Source: the human T2T-CHM13v2.0 reference genome, Homo sapiens. From it: 64,000 bases of DNA. Positions 1 through 16,556 of the stretch are shown piece after piece (within the stretch, counting starts at the first letter, position 1; every line of letters starts with the position of its first letter). Below the pieces are notes generated by a model. It had not been told where the DNA came from. It was given only the letters and a program-made list of their open reading frames with translations, and searched no databases. The DNA is taken from NCBI RefSeq assembly GCF_009914755.1, contig NC_060925.1; one strand, 5' to 3'. Both the position numbers and the translations under genes were made by a program.

Positions 1-874
1 ACTCTGTAAAATATTTAAAAAGGTTTATTCTGAGCCAAATATGAGCGACCAAGTCCTGTGACACAGCCCCAGGAGGTCCTGAGAACCAAGGTGGTTGTGT
101 TACAGTTTGGTTTTATAAAATTTAAGGTGATAGAAGTTAAAGGCAGAAATCAACCAATACATGGATGGTGTACATTGGTTCTGTCTGAAAAGGTGGAACA
201 ACTCAAAGGGCTGGCAGGGAGCGGGCAGTGGGGGCACACTCCAGATCATACATAGAGTTGAAGATTTTCTGATTGGCAACTGGCTGAAAGAGTTGTTATT
301 ATCTAAAGACCTAGAATCAATAGAAAAGAATGTCTGGGTTAAAATAAGATGTTTTGCAGACCAAGGTTTTATCATGCAGATGAAACCTCCAGTAAATGTC
401 CAGTAAATGTCTCTAATCAGACTTAAAAAGGTGCCAGACTCTTAATTAATATCTCCTGGATCAGGAAAAGACCTGGAAAAGGAAAGGGGATTCTCTACAA
501 AATGTAGATTTTCCCCACAAGAGACAGCTTTCCAGGGCCATTTCAAAATATGTCAAAGAAATATATTTTGGGATAAAATACTTTCATTTATTTTAGGTCC
601 TGCTGTTATGTGATGCTATACTAGAATCAGGTAGGAATTTGGTGTCTTATTGCTACAAAGAGTCTGTTTTGTCAGTCTTAAGATGTGTTGTAATACGAAT
701 GCAGTCAGCTGTGCCTGAATTGCAAAGGGAGGAGAGTACAATGAGAAATGTCTGACTCCCCCTTCCCATCATGGCCAGAACTAGTTTCTGAGGTTTACTT
801 TGGTTGATTTCCCTTCTAGAGGAGGAATCCATTCAGTCGGTTGGATGTGCTTAAGATTTTATATATGGTTCACA
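1..874 (-). mobile_element. ERV1 MER4-family LTR (3' end runs off the window start)
   Basis: Ends in ggttcaca (reverse complement of the TGTGAACC LTR start). AATAAA on the minus strand near 24. Clearly similar in inverted orientation to 6564-7405, e.g. 481-530 vs 6938-6981. Confidence 0.8.
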
Positions 875-1249
875 TCACCAAGACAAGGAAAAGATGTTCA
901 CTGTTTTATAAGAGGGCAAATACTGTTCAAGCTACACTTGATAAGTTTTCTACTTCTCAGTGTTTTAAATTCTGAATGTTCTAGTGTTTAAGTTGCAGTA
1001 TACTAAGTATTAGTTTTATACATTTATAACCGAGAGTAAGAGAGTTTTTAATGTTTTGACCAAAATTTTTAGCGGTCATGTTAACAATTGTGATTCTTCC
1101 CATTGATTATTGAGATTGCACATTTTTCGCTTGCACAGTTATTTTTATGACGCCACACTACTGAGCAAAGTGAGAGCTGTTTATATTGATTTGCATATTT
1201 ATAAGTTGACATTTCAATTTTTCATCACAAATTTAAATAGTTGCTATAT

Positions 1250-2408
1250 AGGTAAAGGGAAAGTTTCCCGTTCAACCTCAGAAAGTTCGCTAAAAAATCA
1301 ACTCATAAAAGGCAGATTAATAGGAGAAAAAGCATACAAATTTATTTGATCATAGCTTTGCATGACGCAGGAGCCTTCAGAATGAAGTCCCAACTTCCTA
1401 ATGCAGAAGCTTATATACCATCTTGAGGTTACAGAAAGAATAGAGGCATGGATCCTGGCAAACTAGGTATGGGACAGGGAGAAGAGGAATTCTGTTGAAG
1501 AACAATAAGTAATTACTAGGCAGAATTCAGTGGACTTGCAGAACATACAATGGTCTAGGACAAAGTCTATTAGGCCTGCAGAGCAGGCAATGGTTTGTGA
1601 CAAAAGTCTGTACAGGTTTTTTAACAGACGTTAGTCTTCCTTCCTGCGATATGCATTGAGGACTGAACTTTGACCTTTTGTCTTTTGCCCAAATTCCTAT
1701 CTAAGGGACCTTCGGAATCACACCCTAGAAACCATAGATTCTGGTTTGCTATTAACCTGGTATAATGTGGATTCCTTTCCAACCCGACTTTAGTATAGCA
1801 TCACACGACAGAGAGCAGACCCTCTGTATCTTAACTCAAGCATTTCTTTCTACCGACTTCAAGTGTTTATACAACAGTTTAACTCTCTCAGTTGTCATCT
1901 TGAGAATCCCTAAAACCCATCTATGATTTGTAAGCCCCAGTTTCAAGACGTCTGCCTGTTCAGGCCGGACCAATGTCCTGCCTGTTCAGGCCAAATTTTG
2001 TATGTATTGATTTATTATTTTACTTGCAATTTCTGTCTCTCTGAAATGTGTAAAACCAAACAGTAGCCCAACCACCTCGGGTGCGCTTTCTCAGGCCCTC
2101 TTGAGATTGTGCAACTATGGGCCGTGGTCATTCATATTGGCTTATAATTAACCTCTGTAAATATACATTGGCAGAATTTGTGTTTCTCATCATCGGGGTT
2201 CAGTTAATGAAAACTCATGGAAGAGACCAAAGGTTTTTGTTTTCTTCTCTAGTAGGTCCAGACTTTAGGTAGATAAGGAAATTTAGAGAGCAACTTCATC
2301 CTATGCTTTGGGAGAAATGGGGGAAGGTGGGGGCCTCAGAGAGACTATGAGGCTCAAAGTCCAGTTCAAAGCAGCATATTTTGGAGTATCTGTTTCCAAG
2401 CTCTAACA
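1250..2408 (-). mobile_element. ERV1 LTR (MER39/MER34-like), split by a nested LTR
   Basis: Shares ggcag-ttaat...aaaagcatacaaatttatt...gccttcagaatgaag with 34120-34687. Terminal aaca at 2405-2408. Confidence 0.65.
1657..2192 (+). mobile_element. ERV1 MER4-group solo LTR nested in the preceding LTR
   Basis: Starts tgaggactgaac...gcccaaattcctatctaaggg. Has the MER4-type 3' block ctgaaatgtgtaaaaccaaac, similar to 7270-7300. Ends near catca. Confidence 0.65.
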
Positions 2409-3380
2409 CTACTAAAGATGTAATTTCCAGCAAATTTCTCCTTGAAGTTGTGCAAAATATGCAAGTGAACATTGACTGGTGCCTAAATAAAGGAGGCTTT
2501 GTACATATCGGTATTTTAAATCTTCCCCACAACACACACACACACACATCCACCATAACCACCCCACACTTCTCTCTTTGGAGTTCCTTCTTATGTAAAG
2601 TGGGAGAAAGATTTTCTTTTCCTAAGCAAAGTTTGAAAAGGACAACCCAGCATATTCTCAGGGAGAGTTTTATGGAAATTGAGGGTCTGGAACTTGTTTT
2701 CCCTAAAACTACTTGTGGCCACATACACCTTAATTTTGGTGCACCTGCAGGGTAAGTAGTGCCCCAGTTTAAAGACCCTGGCTATTAATATCCTATGACG
2801 CTGATCTAGAGCCCAGTTCCTTTCCTCTACCCTCACCCTCTCTTTCTATGGCTTTGGTTTTATTGAACTAGTGGCACCTTTCTCAGCTGCAGTTCATGGA
2901 GCTATTAATATGTCATGGGCTTTCTGGCTTGGTTTGCTGGCTTTGTACTGTACTCAGCCAGTGCCTACAGAGGGTAAGCTGCGCCAGGTTCTTGTGAATG
3001 AAAAGAAAGGAATCATCACAAGGCACACCCCATTGCATCTTTTCCCAAGCAGCTTCCTGCGTACTGACTTGTACTAACAATGAAAGGGAAATTTCTTAGG
3101 TGTAATTTTCCACACCCCAAGTTCAAACAGCACAAGCTTGCTCAACCTGAAGCCCACAAGGAATGTTTTACAGATAATCAGTATGTTCTAACTTAATTCC
3201 TCACATCTCTTAAGAAGGATCACTTACATCTCTTAAGGAGTCAGCCAAGTCAACACGATATAATAAAACCCAATTGGAACTGTGGACCCAGTGCTGCCAG
3301 GACTCTCTTTCAGTCTCTTTTGTTTTTATATATTTTTCTGCATATGGGCCTCATCCTCTCTCGTTAGTGAGTAGTTTTCT

Positions 3381-6300
3381 TTATTATTATTATTATTATT
3401 GTTATTATTTTACTTTAAGTTCTGGGATACGTGTGCAGAACATGCAGGTTTGTTACACAGGTACACACCTGCCATGGTGGTTTGCTGCACGCATCAACTT
3501 CTCATCTACATTAGATATTTCTCCTAATGCCATCCCTCCCCTGACAGGCCCCAGTGTGTGATGTTCCCCTTCCTGTGTCCATGTGTTCTCATTGTTCAGC
3601 TCCCACTTATGAGTGAGAACATGCGGTGTTTGGTTTTCTGTTCCTATGTTAGTTTGCTGAGAATGATGGTTTCCAGCTTCATCCATGTCCCTGCAAAGGA
3701 CATAAACTCATACTTTTTTGTGTGTCTGCATAGTATTCCATGGTGTATATATGCCACATTTTCTTTATCCAGTCTATCATTGATGGGCATTTAGGTTGGT
3801 TCCAAGTTTTCGCTATTCTGAACAGTGCTGCAATAAACATACATGTGCATGTGTGTTTATAGTAGAATGATTTATAATCTTTGGGTATACACCCAGTAAT
3901 GGGATTGCTGGGTCAAATGGTATTTCTGGTTCTAGATCCTTGAGGAATCACCACATTGTCTTCCACAATGGTTGAACTAATTTACATTCACACCAACAGT
4001 GTAAAAGCCTTCCTATTTCTCCACATCCTCTCCAGCATCTGTTGTTTCCTGACTTTTTAATGATCGCCATTCTAACTGGCATGAGATGGTATCTCATCGT
4101 GGTTTTGATTTGCATTTCTTTAATGACCAGTGATGATGAGCTTTTTCTCATATATGTGTTGGCCACATAAATGTCTTCTCTTGAGAAGTGTCTGTTCATT
4201 TCCTTTGCCCACTTTTTGATGGGGTTGTTTTTTTCTTGTAAATTTGTTTAAAAGTTCCTTGCAGATTCTGGATATTAGTCCTTTGTCGGATGGATAGATT
4301 GCAAAAATTTTCTCCCATTCTGTAGGTTGTCTCTTCACTCCGATGATCGTTTCTTCTGCTGTGCAGAAGCTCTTTAGTTTAATTAGATCCACTTTGTCAT
4401 TGGCTTTTGTTGCCATTGCTGTTGGTGTTTTAGTCATGAACTCTTTGCCCATGCCTATGTCCTGAATAGCATTGCCTAGGTTTTCTTCTAGGGTTTTTAT
4501 GGTTTTAGGTCTTACATTTAAGTCTTTAATCCACCTTGAGTTAATTTTTGTATAAGGTGTAAGGAAGGGGTCCAGTTTTCTGCATGTGGCTAGCCAGTTT
4601 TCCCAATACCATTTATTAAATGGGGAATCCTTTCCCCATTGCTTGTTTTTCTCAGGTTTGTCAAAGATCAGATAGCTGTAGATGTGTGGTGTTATTTCTG
4701 AGGCCTCTGTTCTGTTCCATTGGTCTATATATCTGTTTTGGTACCAGTACCATGCTGTTTTTGTTACTGTAGCCTTGTAGTATACTTTGAAGTCAGGTAG
4801 TGTGATGCCTCCAGCTTTGTTCTTTTTGCTTAGGGTTGTCTTGGTGATATGGGCTCTTGTTTGGTTCCATATGAAATTTAAAGTAGCTTTTTCTAATTCT
4901 GTGAAGAAAGTCAATGGTAGCTTCATGGGGATAGCATTGAAACTATAAATTACTTTGGGCAGTATGGCCATTTTCACGATATTGATTCTTCCTATCCATG
5001 AGCATGGAATGTTTTTCCATTTGTTTGTTTCCTCTCTTATTGCCTTGAGCAGTGGTTTGTAGCTCTCCTTGAAGAGGCCCTTCACATTCCTTGTAAGTTG
5101 TATTCCTAGGTATTTTATTGTCTGTAGCAATTGTGAATGGAAGTTCACTCATGATTTGGCTCTCTGTTTGTCTATTTTTGGTGTATAGGAATGCTTGTGA
5201 CTTTTGTACATTGATTTTGTATCCTGAGATCTTGCTGAAGTTGCTTATCAGCTTAAGGAGATTTTGGGTTGAGATGATGGGGTTTTCTAAATATACAATC
5301 ATGCCATTTGCAAACAAAGACAATTTGACTTCCCCTCTTCATATTTGAATACCCTTTATTTCTTTCTCTTGCCTGATTGCCCTGGCCAGAACTTCTAATA
5401 CTATGCGAATGGGAGTGGTAAGAGAGGGCATCCTTGTCTTGTGTCAGTTTTCAAAGGGAATGCTTCTAGCTTTTGCCCTTTCAGTATGATATTGGCTGTG
5501 GGTTTGTCATAAATAGCTCTTATTATTTTGAGATACATTCCATCAATACCTAGTTTATTGAGAGTTTTTATCATGAAGGGGTGTTGAATTTTATCAAACG
5601 CCTTTTCTGCATCTATTGAGAATCATGTGGTTTTTGTCATTGGTTCTGTTTATGTGATGGATTATGTTTATTGATTTGCATATATTGAACCAGACTTGCA
5701 TCCCAGGGATGAAGCTGACTTGATTGTGGTGGATAAGGTTTTCGATGTGCTGCTGGATTCAGTTTGCCAGTATTTTATTCAGGATTTTTGCATCGATGTC
5801 ATCAGGAATATTGACCTGAAATTTTCTTTCTTTTTTTTTTTTTTTTTTTTTGTATCTCTGTCAGGTTTTGATATCAGGCTGATGCTAGCCTCATAAAATG
5901 AGTTATGGAGGAGTCCCTCTTTATCTACTGTTTGCAATAGTTTCAGAAGGAATGGTACCAGGTCCTCTTTGTATCTCTGGTAGAATTCGGCTGTGAATCT
6001 GTCTGGTCCTGGGCTTTTTTTGTTGGTAGGCTATTAATTACTGCCCCAATTTCATACCACCACTGGGGTATGAAAAAAAACTTTTGCAGCTAGCTCGCTG
6101 TCTGCCCAAATGGCCGCCTAGTTTTGTGCCTGAAACCCAGGGCCCTAGTAGTGTAGGCACCTGAGGGATTCTCCTGGTCTGCGGGTTGCGAAGACCATGG
6201 GAAAAGCGTAGTATCTGGGCTGGAATGCGTTGTTCCTCACAGCACAGTCCCTCATGGCTTCCCTTGGCTAGGGGAGGGAGTTCCCCAACCCCTTGCACTT

Positions 6301-6487
6301 CCCAGGTGAGGTGACATCCCACCCTGCTTCAGCTTGCCCTCCATGGGCTTCACCCACTGTCTAACCAGTCCCAATGAGATGAGCTGGGTATCTCAGTTGG
6401 AAATGCAGAAATCACCCACCTTCTTCATTGATCTCACTGAGAGCTGCAGTCCAGAGCTATTCCTATTCAACCATCTTTCATGGTGAA
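3381..6487 (-). mobile_element. L1PA7/8-like LINE-1 with a ~3 kb internal deletion (5'UTR start fused to mid-ORF2)
   Basis: (AAT)n tail at 3381-3410, 3'UTR, ORF2 RT/C-terminal fragments (ORFs 4120-5148, 4943-5323), and 5'UTR sequence at 6057-6478. Degenerate TSD ttagtgagtagttttc (3364-3379) / ttagctgaatagttttc (6488-6504). Confidence 0.9.
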
Positions 6488-6563
6488 TTAGCTGAATAGT
6501 TTTCCATATGTTTGGGTAAACATATAGAAAACTCTTGAATTTGACCTCCTACAACTTCTACCA

Positions 6564-7405
6564 TATAAACCAAAATTAAAATTCTAAGCCTTTCAACTGA
6601 CTGATGGATCCTCCTCTTGGCCAAGGGCATTCCAAAGTAAACCTGATAATCTATTTCTGGGTTCTGGCCATGATGGAAATGATGTGGTGGGGTGGGGGCA
6701 GGACAGACACGCCTTACTGTACTCTTCTCCCTTTGGAATTCAGGCACAATGAACCAGCATTAACATTAAAACAGAGATCTTAAGCCTGACAAAACAGACT
6801 CTGTAGCAATAAGACACCAAATTCCTACCTGACTCTATATAGCATCATATGACAGACAGCAAGCCATGATAGAAATGGAAGTATTTTACCCCAAAATACA
6901 TTTCTTTGACATATTTTGAAATGGCCCTATAAAACTGTTTCTTGTGGAGAAAATCTACATTCTGTAGAGAATCCCCTTCCCTTTCTAGGTCTTTACCCTG
7001 ATCCAGAAGAGCTTAATTAAGAGTCACACTTTGTTAGGTCTGATTAGAGATATTTACTGTCTATTCTCTCTGAAGCCTGCTACCTGGAGGTTTCATGTGC
7101 TTAGTAAAACCTCAGTTTGCACAACGTCCTATTTTAACACAGACATTCCTTTCTATTGATTCCAGATTTTTAGATAATAACTCCTCCAATCGATTGCCAA
7201 TCAGAAAATCTTTGAATCCACCAAACCAATTATACATCTTACATGTATTAGTTCATGTCTTATGCCTTCCTAAAATGTATAAAACCAAGCTGTAGCCCAA
7301 CCATCTTGGGCACATGTTTTCATGATCTTCTGGAGCTATGTCATGGTCGCCATGTATACCTCAGAATAAAACTTCAAAGACTCTTTCATTGACTCTCCAT
7401 TGACA
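6564..7405 (+). mobile_element. ERV1 MER4-family solo LTR
   Basis: Starts tataaacc (decayed TGTAAACC), has aataaa near 7365, ends tgaca. 4-bp TSD acca at 6560-6563 and 7406-7409. Confidence 0.85.
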
Positions 7406-7599
7406 ACCACAAGAGTTGGACTTCTCTCTCTCATTATCTCTCTCTCTCGCTCGCTCTTCTTCCCCCTCAAGCCCAAAAGTCCTTGAGCATAGAATTCATT
7501 GATTAAAGGATTAAAGTGTGGGAGACCAAGGCAATGACCAGAGATTTGGAACAATGCAATATGTTCATAGAAAACCAAAATACTTTGATGGAGTGGAGA

Positions 7600-7765
7600 A
7601 AAATCCAGTCGTTAAGACCATCAGTGATCTTATATAACATATTTGGGTTTTGCTTTGAAGGCAATGAAGGTGTCATTGAAGGATTTTAAGCAGAGTAGTG
7701 GCAAGATCAAAATTCATTTTAATGCATGCACTGTAGCCTGGAGAGAGGACTTGGAGGGGATTGAG
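7600..7765. mobile_element. L2 fragment
   Basis: cattgaaggattttaagcagagtagtggcaagatcaaattcattttaa resembles L2 consensus. Confidence 0.45.
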
Positions 7766-8639
7766 TTCATATGGCCATGCATCAGTGCCAGTGACCTGCA
7801 ATATTTCACTTGCCCCCTGCTATCTGTGAGACAATGCATGTGAGGGGTATAGGTAACAGGGAGTAGCCTTCATTTCTTTCCCTTGAGTGAGGAAAAAAAA
7901 TTACTTTTAATCGCACATTTGTAAACTGCTGCCAGAGTGTCTCTATTTGGGCTACCTCTATTGGAAACTGTCTTGTACTTCTTTCCTAATTTGACCTCTC
8001 AAGGAGTCAAGTCTTGTTGTCTGGCCTTGTCTAATTGCTACGGGACAGTTTTCTTGTTGCTTTCTTCTCAGACATATTAGTTATTGTTTCTGATTAATAG
8101 TTCATGCCTGGCAACCCTCAGGAAAAGTCTCCAAATCATCCATGTCACTGATAGGGTTAGAAGCTGCTATACATAAACCCTCTTTTGTTCCCTGTCATTG
8201 AGAACTGACATTTCATTATCTATGTGTTACTTTCCCTCTTAATGAGCAATAAGCTTTGTTTGACATGAGCGGCAGATGAATTTGCCTAAGAAAATTTGCT
8301 TTAACAGAAGACTGTCCAAAGACATTCTTGCTGGACCTGAGAGTTAGCTACATGCTAGCAAGCATGAATCATCCTTAGACGTCTATGAAAACCATAAAGA
8401 CAGTGTGTAAACGTCACAGTCCATAGGCTACAGGCTTTTGTTCTTTAATAAACTGCCATTGCTAAAGGGGGAAAAAACTAAGCGTACCATACACTTTACC
8501 TCAGAACCATTTTTATTATTTATGTAACTCAGTGGAGTCCAGCTGAAAGGTTGAAAACAACCTAATATTTTGGGTAAATTACCTCCCTTAAAACAAAGCC
8601 CCTTTGTTAGTGAGTCAATGAAAAAAACAAAGTAATGCT

Positions 8640-8810
8640 GAATCGAATCTTCAGAGGACAAAAACCAAGAGAAAGTAGGAACTCAGGACAGGCAACATTT
8701 GAGTGGATAATGGCACATTTTCTAGAATTGATAAAAGACATCAATTCTCAGATTCAGGAAGCCCCAAACAAACAAGGTAAATGAAAGGAAACCTGCATCT
8801 AAACACATTG
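8640..8810 (+). mobile_element. Ancient L1M ORF1-region fragment
   Basis: tttctagaattgataaaagacatcaattctcagattcaggaagcc resembles the L1M ORF1 region. Confidence 0.45.
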
Positions 8811-10299
8811 TGCTGAATATGGCCATAAGCACTTAACATCTGTTTCCAAACTTCTTCTGTGTTTTGGGTCTTGTTTTGTTGTTAATGTAGAATGCTACAG
8901 GCTCCATGTGCCAGATGTTCTCAGCCCAGGTCCTGGATGTGGCTTCGGTTCTGCCTGTGCTCTCTTGTGAGACTTGGAAGCTAGAAGTGAGGTAAGGCCA
9001 TCTTCCTGCTGCAGTTTTTTCCAGCCAGTAAGGTCCGGAGACATGAATGTTTCAAGGAAGTGGCACAGCCGGACTCTGATCCAGTACTTGACAGCCACTG
9101 GCATGCAGGACTACAGGCATGTGAGGCAGGTTTTGGCGGCTAGACAGCATTCTCCTGTTTAGTCACCCACCCTGTGGAGTGTCCTGACTTCTAAAGCATA
9201 ATTACAGTGGTGGTCCTGCATGTAGTAGTGATGACAGCCCTTGACACTCCTCCTGTGTTAAATCTCACCTGCTCTCAGTGTTGTCTCTTTCTCGTCACTC
9301 ATAACCTGAGGATGATCATGTAGGCCTCCCATGACCCAGACCTTCAAACCAACTAGAGAAGGAATGGAAAAGATACATACAGAAAGTCATCTCTCCTTAA
9401 TGCATTTGGCTCACTCTGAGGGGCAGCTGCCCACTCCTTCTCTGTCTCTGTCTCTGTCTCAGGTGGAGTTCCCTATTCTGGGTGCCTGGCTTAAAAACGT
9501 TCATGTTCGGCAAGAAATTCAGCAAGAAAGCCCTGCAGTGCTGAGCCCAGGGTAATAAGACTTCCACCACCGAACCCTCTGATAAATTTCCTCTGTCTTT
9601 ATTCAGGGAACCCTTGTAAATAATCAGTCTCTTCTACATTGTTTTTCTTCCTTTTCATTTTAGTTTCTTCTTTGATGAGATTCACAGTCTTGCAAGTGTA
9701 ATTATAGTTCTTGGAATTGCTAATTCCACCTTAATATTTTTTTCCTTAACAATTTATCTTTTTTGGCTTTTGTTTTATTTAATTTCTGATAATATTCTTA
9801 GGACTTTGAATAGATGTGCTTTCTCTTACTAAATAAGTGAAATGCTTTATCTTATTATTATTTTTAATATTAATAGTAAAAGCAATGAAGACTGAATTGA
9901 CTTCTGAGCATCTCTGTGACCTCACCCCAAAAGTTTTCTTTATTATGAGTTCTCATTTTTGTTATTTTCTCCAAATATGTTATTTGCTGATTGGCTTACA
10001 TGTTATTTCAGTGGTTATACTGGAGAGTTTTAAACATTTTCCATATGATTTAGTTGTGATTTATTTAAATTCTTGCATCAATAATAGTTAGAACAATAAA
10101 TCATTACTTACAATAATCTTTCATTTAATTGCACTGTGACCAAGCAACATAATCTGAAGAATTTCTTATGTTGTTAGTTTATTCAGATTTTATGTCTCGT
10201 TTTTATGTACATTTTATAACTATCAGAAAGAAAATAAATCCTATGTTTTGGGGGTATATACATCTATAAACTGCTACAATTTCTACTTTTTAAAAAGTA

Positions 10300-10450
10300 C
10301 TGTGTATTGAGCACATACTCATGACAACTGTTGTGCTTGGTGCCTTACATATGTGTTCCCAAATATTCGATAGTAACACTATCAACCTCAACATATTTGA
10401 TAGTAAATATTAACACTGTTTTACAGATGATGAAACCAAGGCTCAGATTT
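10300..10450. mobile_element. MIR SINE fragment
   Basis: MIR core ttttacagatgatgaaaccaaggctcaga. Confidence 0.55.
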
Positions 10451-12466
10451 TTCTTTAATGTTTCAAATGTTGTAAACTGCTTGTGATATCTAAAATATCT
10501 CACCCTGACTATATTTCTGTTTTTTCTTAATTTTTGATAATTTTTCCTATGTATTTTGTTTATATATTTATCTGTGCCTAGAGATTCCATATGTTTGTCT
10601 TTAATGTTAATTATGCCTTTTACCAACATAAAGTTACTTTCTTTATTCTATTTGTTGAGCTTCACTTTAAAACTTTGGCACTGAAATGATGACTCTAAGT
10701 GGAGGGGATTAAAAGGAAAGGAAGGAATTTGCAGGTATAATCCTCAGTAATTTCTATTTATTCCATTTATTTTAAGTCATTCCATTTATTGTAAGGTCTC
10801 TTGCAGATGCTCTAGACTTGGGGCCAGTAGATTATGAGCTTTACTGTTGACTTATTCAGGATTTTAAAAAAGTAATCCTGGTCTCTACCTATCTTGCAGG
10901 CATGTTGTAAGGAGATAATGAAATAACAAGTATTCCTTTTGATTATTTTAAAGACCTATGTAAATTGAGCACAGAATTATTTCTTCACAAGGTTTCCCTC
11001 TCGCCTCTCCCTCGATGAAGCCTCTGACCTTACTAGGATTAATATAACTGTTAAGTCTCCTGATTCCTGACCTCAGAATCCTGAGACACTGATCCAAGGA
11101 AAATAATTCTATCCATTAAGGAATTTCTAGTACTTTTGTATTCCCTGAGAGAATGCTAAAGAAGCAAAAGTCTTGTCAATATTCACTGATGTTCTCAGTC
11201 AAAAACTTACATAGATACTTGAAGCCAAACAAAATATGTAGATGTCTGAAGCTGTGAGTCTCCCAGATATCACTTAAGGTATATCCTCAAGACAAGATGT
11301 CACAATCTAAAACTGCTGTGCAGCAAACTGAAAGGAAACTCCCTCCTCAATGAGCCAAATTCCTAGCATAGTCTCTCTCAATTTCAGAATTTCCCATATT
11401 TTTCTGTCAATCTCATTCATCCAGGCATTTCCCATTGGGTTAATATGGTTTATTTTCCCTTAAAAATATTATTACTCATTCTTAAGAATCTTCTCTTCTG
11501 GCTAAATCATTCTAGCAGGTGATTTATGCGACTGTTTTTCCCTGACACACGCCATTCTGCAACTATTTTGTTTGCAATTACAAATCTGCTTATGCAGGCA
11601 GCAAACACTATGTTTTATTCATTTCTGTATCCCCAATGACTAGCTTACTACCCTTGCATATGGGTTTGCTGAATTCAGTTTATTGGATTTTCAAAGCACT
11701 TTATTTTTAACAAAACATATACCTGTCTTTTATTTCTATATCAGGATGTTAGAAAGGGATGTCTGCCATCTCATCTCACACATAGGAGGGTTTTTTACTT
11801 CTGTGGACTGCTGAGAGAGCTTAATATATGACCACTATAGTTGAAAGACATAGGGCTTTGGTTTGAGGTCTGATGAGAATCTTGATACAAAATGTGGGCT
11901 AATGGTTCCAGTGGCTGAAACAGGGCATGTGCTGTTATATTGAGATGGAACAATACTACTACAGTTTGTCAGGGTGAGGGATGGTGATGGGAACCATGTG
12001 TAAAAAAGAGCCTTGGGGGCTTATCCTATATGGCCACCTAAGGAGGCAGAAGAACCCCAGCAGCAAAAACCTGGAGATGAATATTACATTACCAGGAGCT
12101 ACAGGAGGCATAAGTGACCATCTACATTAGAGAAGTGTCTGCTAAGGACAAGGAAACTGAAGCCTGAGAGGCCTGATCATAGCTTCCAAAGACCCAGAAA
12201 AGAGCTTCTTGGAAGATTCTGCTTTAAACATCTGCCGTGTTTAAATTGACTTTGTTCACTCAATTCAACTGATGCTTTTTCTATCCCTTTTATACTCCCT
12301 AGTCAGCAAGTCCCGGGGTAAGAAAGAAGATCAGAATAAGAAGCAACCAATCACATCCCTCCTTCCCACTAGAGGCTTCCAGGCTGAAACAGGCTGATAC
12401 AGGGAGAGGAGGAGAAGATGCACGACTAAGTCACATTTTGAGATCTGTTTAATAATAATTCTAATT

Positions 12467-12874
12467 TCTTGTTCTCACTTATTTGTGAGATATAAAAATC
12501 AAACAATTGAACTCATGGAGATAGAGAGTAGAAGGATGGTTACCAGAGGCTGGGAAGGGTAGTGGGGGTTTGAGGGAAAGTTGGAGATGGCTAATGGATA
12601 CAAAAAAATAGAAAGAATAAATAAGACCTAGTATTTGACAGCACAACAAGGTGACTATAGTCAGTAATAATTTAATTGTACATTTTAACATAACTAAAAG
12701 AGTCTAATTGGATTGCTTGTAACACAAAGGATAAATGCTTGAGGGCATGGATACCCCATTTTACATGATGTGATTATTACTCATCGCATGCCTGAATCAG
12801 AACATCTCATGCACCCCATAAATATATACATCTACTATATACCCACAAAATTGAAATAAATAATTTTAAAAAAT
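12467..12874 (+). mobile_element. 5'-truncated L1MA 3' end
   Basis: L1MA 3'UTR motif gaactcatggagatagagagtagaaggatggttaccagaggctggg and an A-rich tail. TSD aataataattctaatt (12451-12466) / aataataattatagtt (12875-12890). Confidence 0.8.
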
Positions 12875-13803
12875 AATAATAATTATAGTTACTGACTTCA
12901 CACTGTGCTTATTATTTTAAATGTCCTAAATAGAAAAGCCTTGGAATTCACTGGAGTTTCCATCTGGGAGTAGGGAAAGATGATCTCCTCTGAATCAACA
13001 ATAACAAGGTGGAGGGAGATAATTAACTTGTGCTCTCCTTTATATCATGACTTATACATGATTGATCCCTCTACTACAGGATACACTCAATGACCAGTGA
13101 GGGATGAGGGGCAGGTGTAAAGCCAAGACCTACAAAGGTTATCTAGAGCCCATAGAATGTCAGCTAGGTATCTGTTGCAAAAAATAGAACCTACTCTGGC
13201 TAGTTTAAGCAGAAAAAAAATATATTATGGGATATTCAGTAGCTCAGCGGGCTGGAGAAATAAGCTTATGACTGAGTTTCCAAAAACTATTCCCAGAAGA
13301 AACTCACCCTATAACAGTGCTTCCACCATGGACCCATAAACCAATCCACTGGCATCTTTACCCAGTCTGTTTTCTCACATGACTCACTCCAAAACTGCAG
13401 GTCCAGTTGGTGGACTCTAGATCACATGCCAGCACCATTCTAACAAACAAAGGGAACAATCATAATAGGGGAACAATCAAAATATAGAGTACATTTACAA
13501 GATGTTGGACAGCCAAAAATGACAGAAGTCCTCACCTCAACGTGTATAGTATCTAGTGTGCCCTGCACACTCGCTTTTCTTTCTTGTTTTTTATTTTTAA
13601 CTTTTATTTTAGGTTTGGGGGCACATGCGAAGGTTTGTTACACAGGTAAACTCATGTCACAGGGGTTTGTTTAGATAATTTCATCACCCAGGTATTAAGC
13701 CCAGTACTCAATAGTTATCTTTTCTGCTCCTCTCCCTCCTCCCACTCTCCACCCTCAAGTAAACCCCAGTGTCTGTTCTTTCTTTCTTTGTGTTCATAAT
13801 TCC

Positions 13804-16556
<2,753 letters not shown>

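Noticed and set aside
2296-2836. Overlapping 81-142 aa ORFs
   Set aside because: They span an LTR end and a (CA)n run and show no protein-family resemblance.
1-7405. A single provirus bounded by the two MER4 LTRs
   Set aside because: The LTRs are inverted rather than direct, the second has its own TSD, and no gag/pol sequence lies between them.
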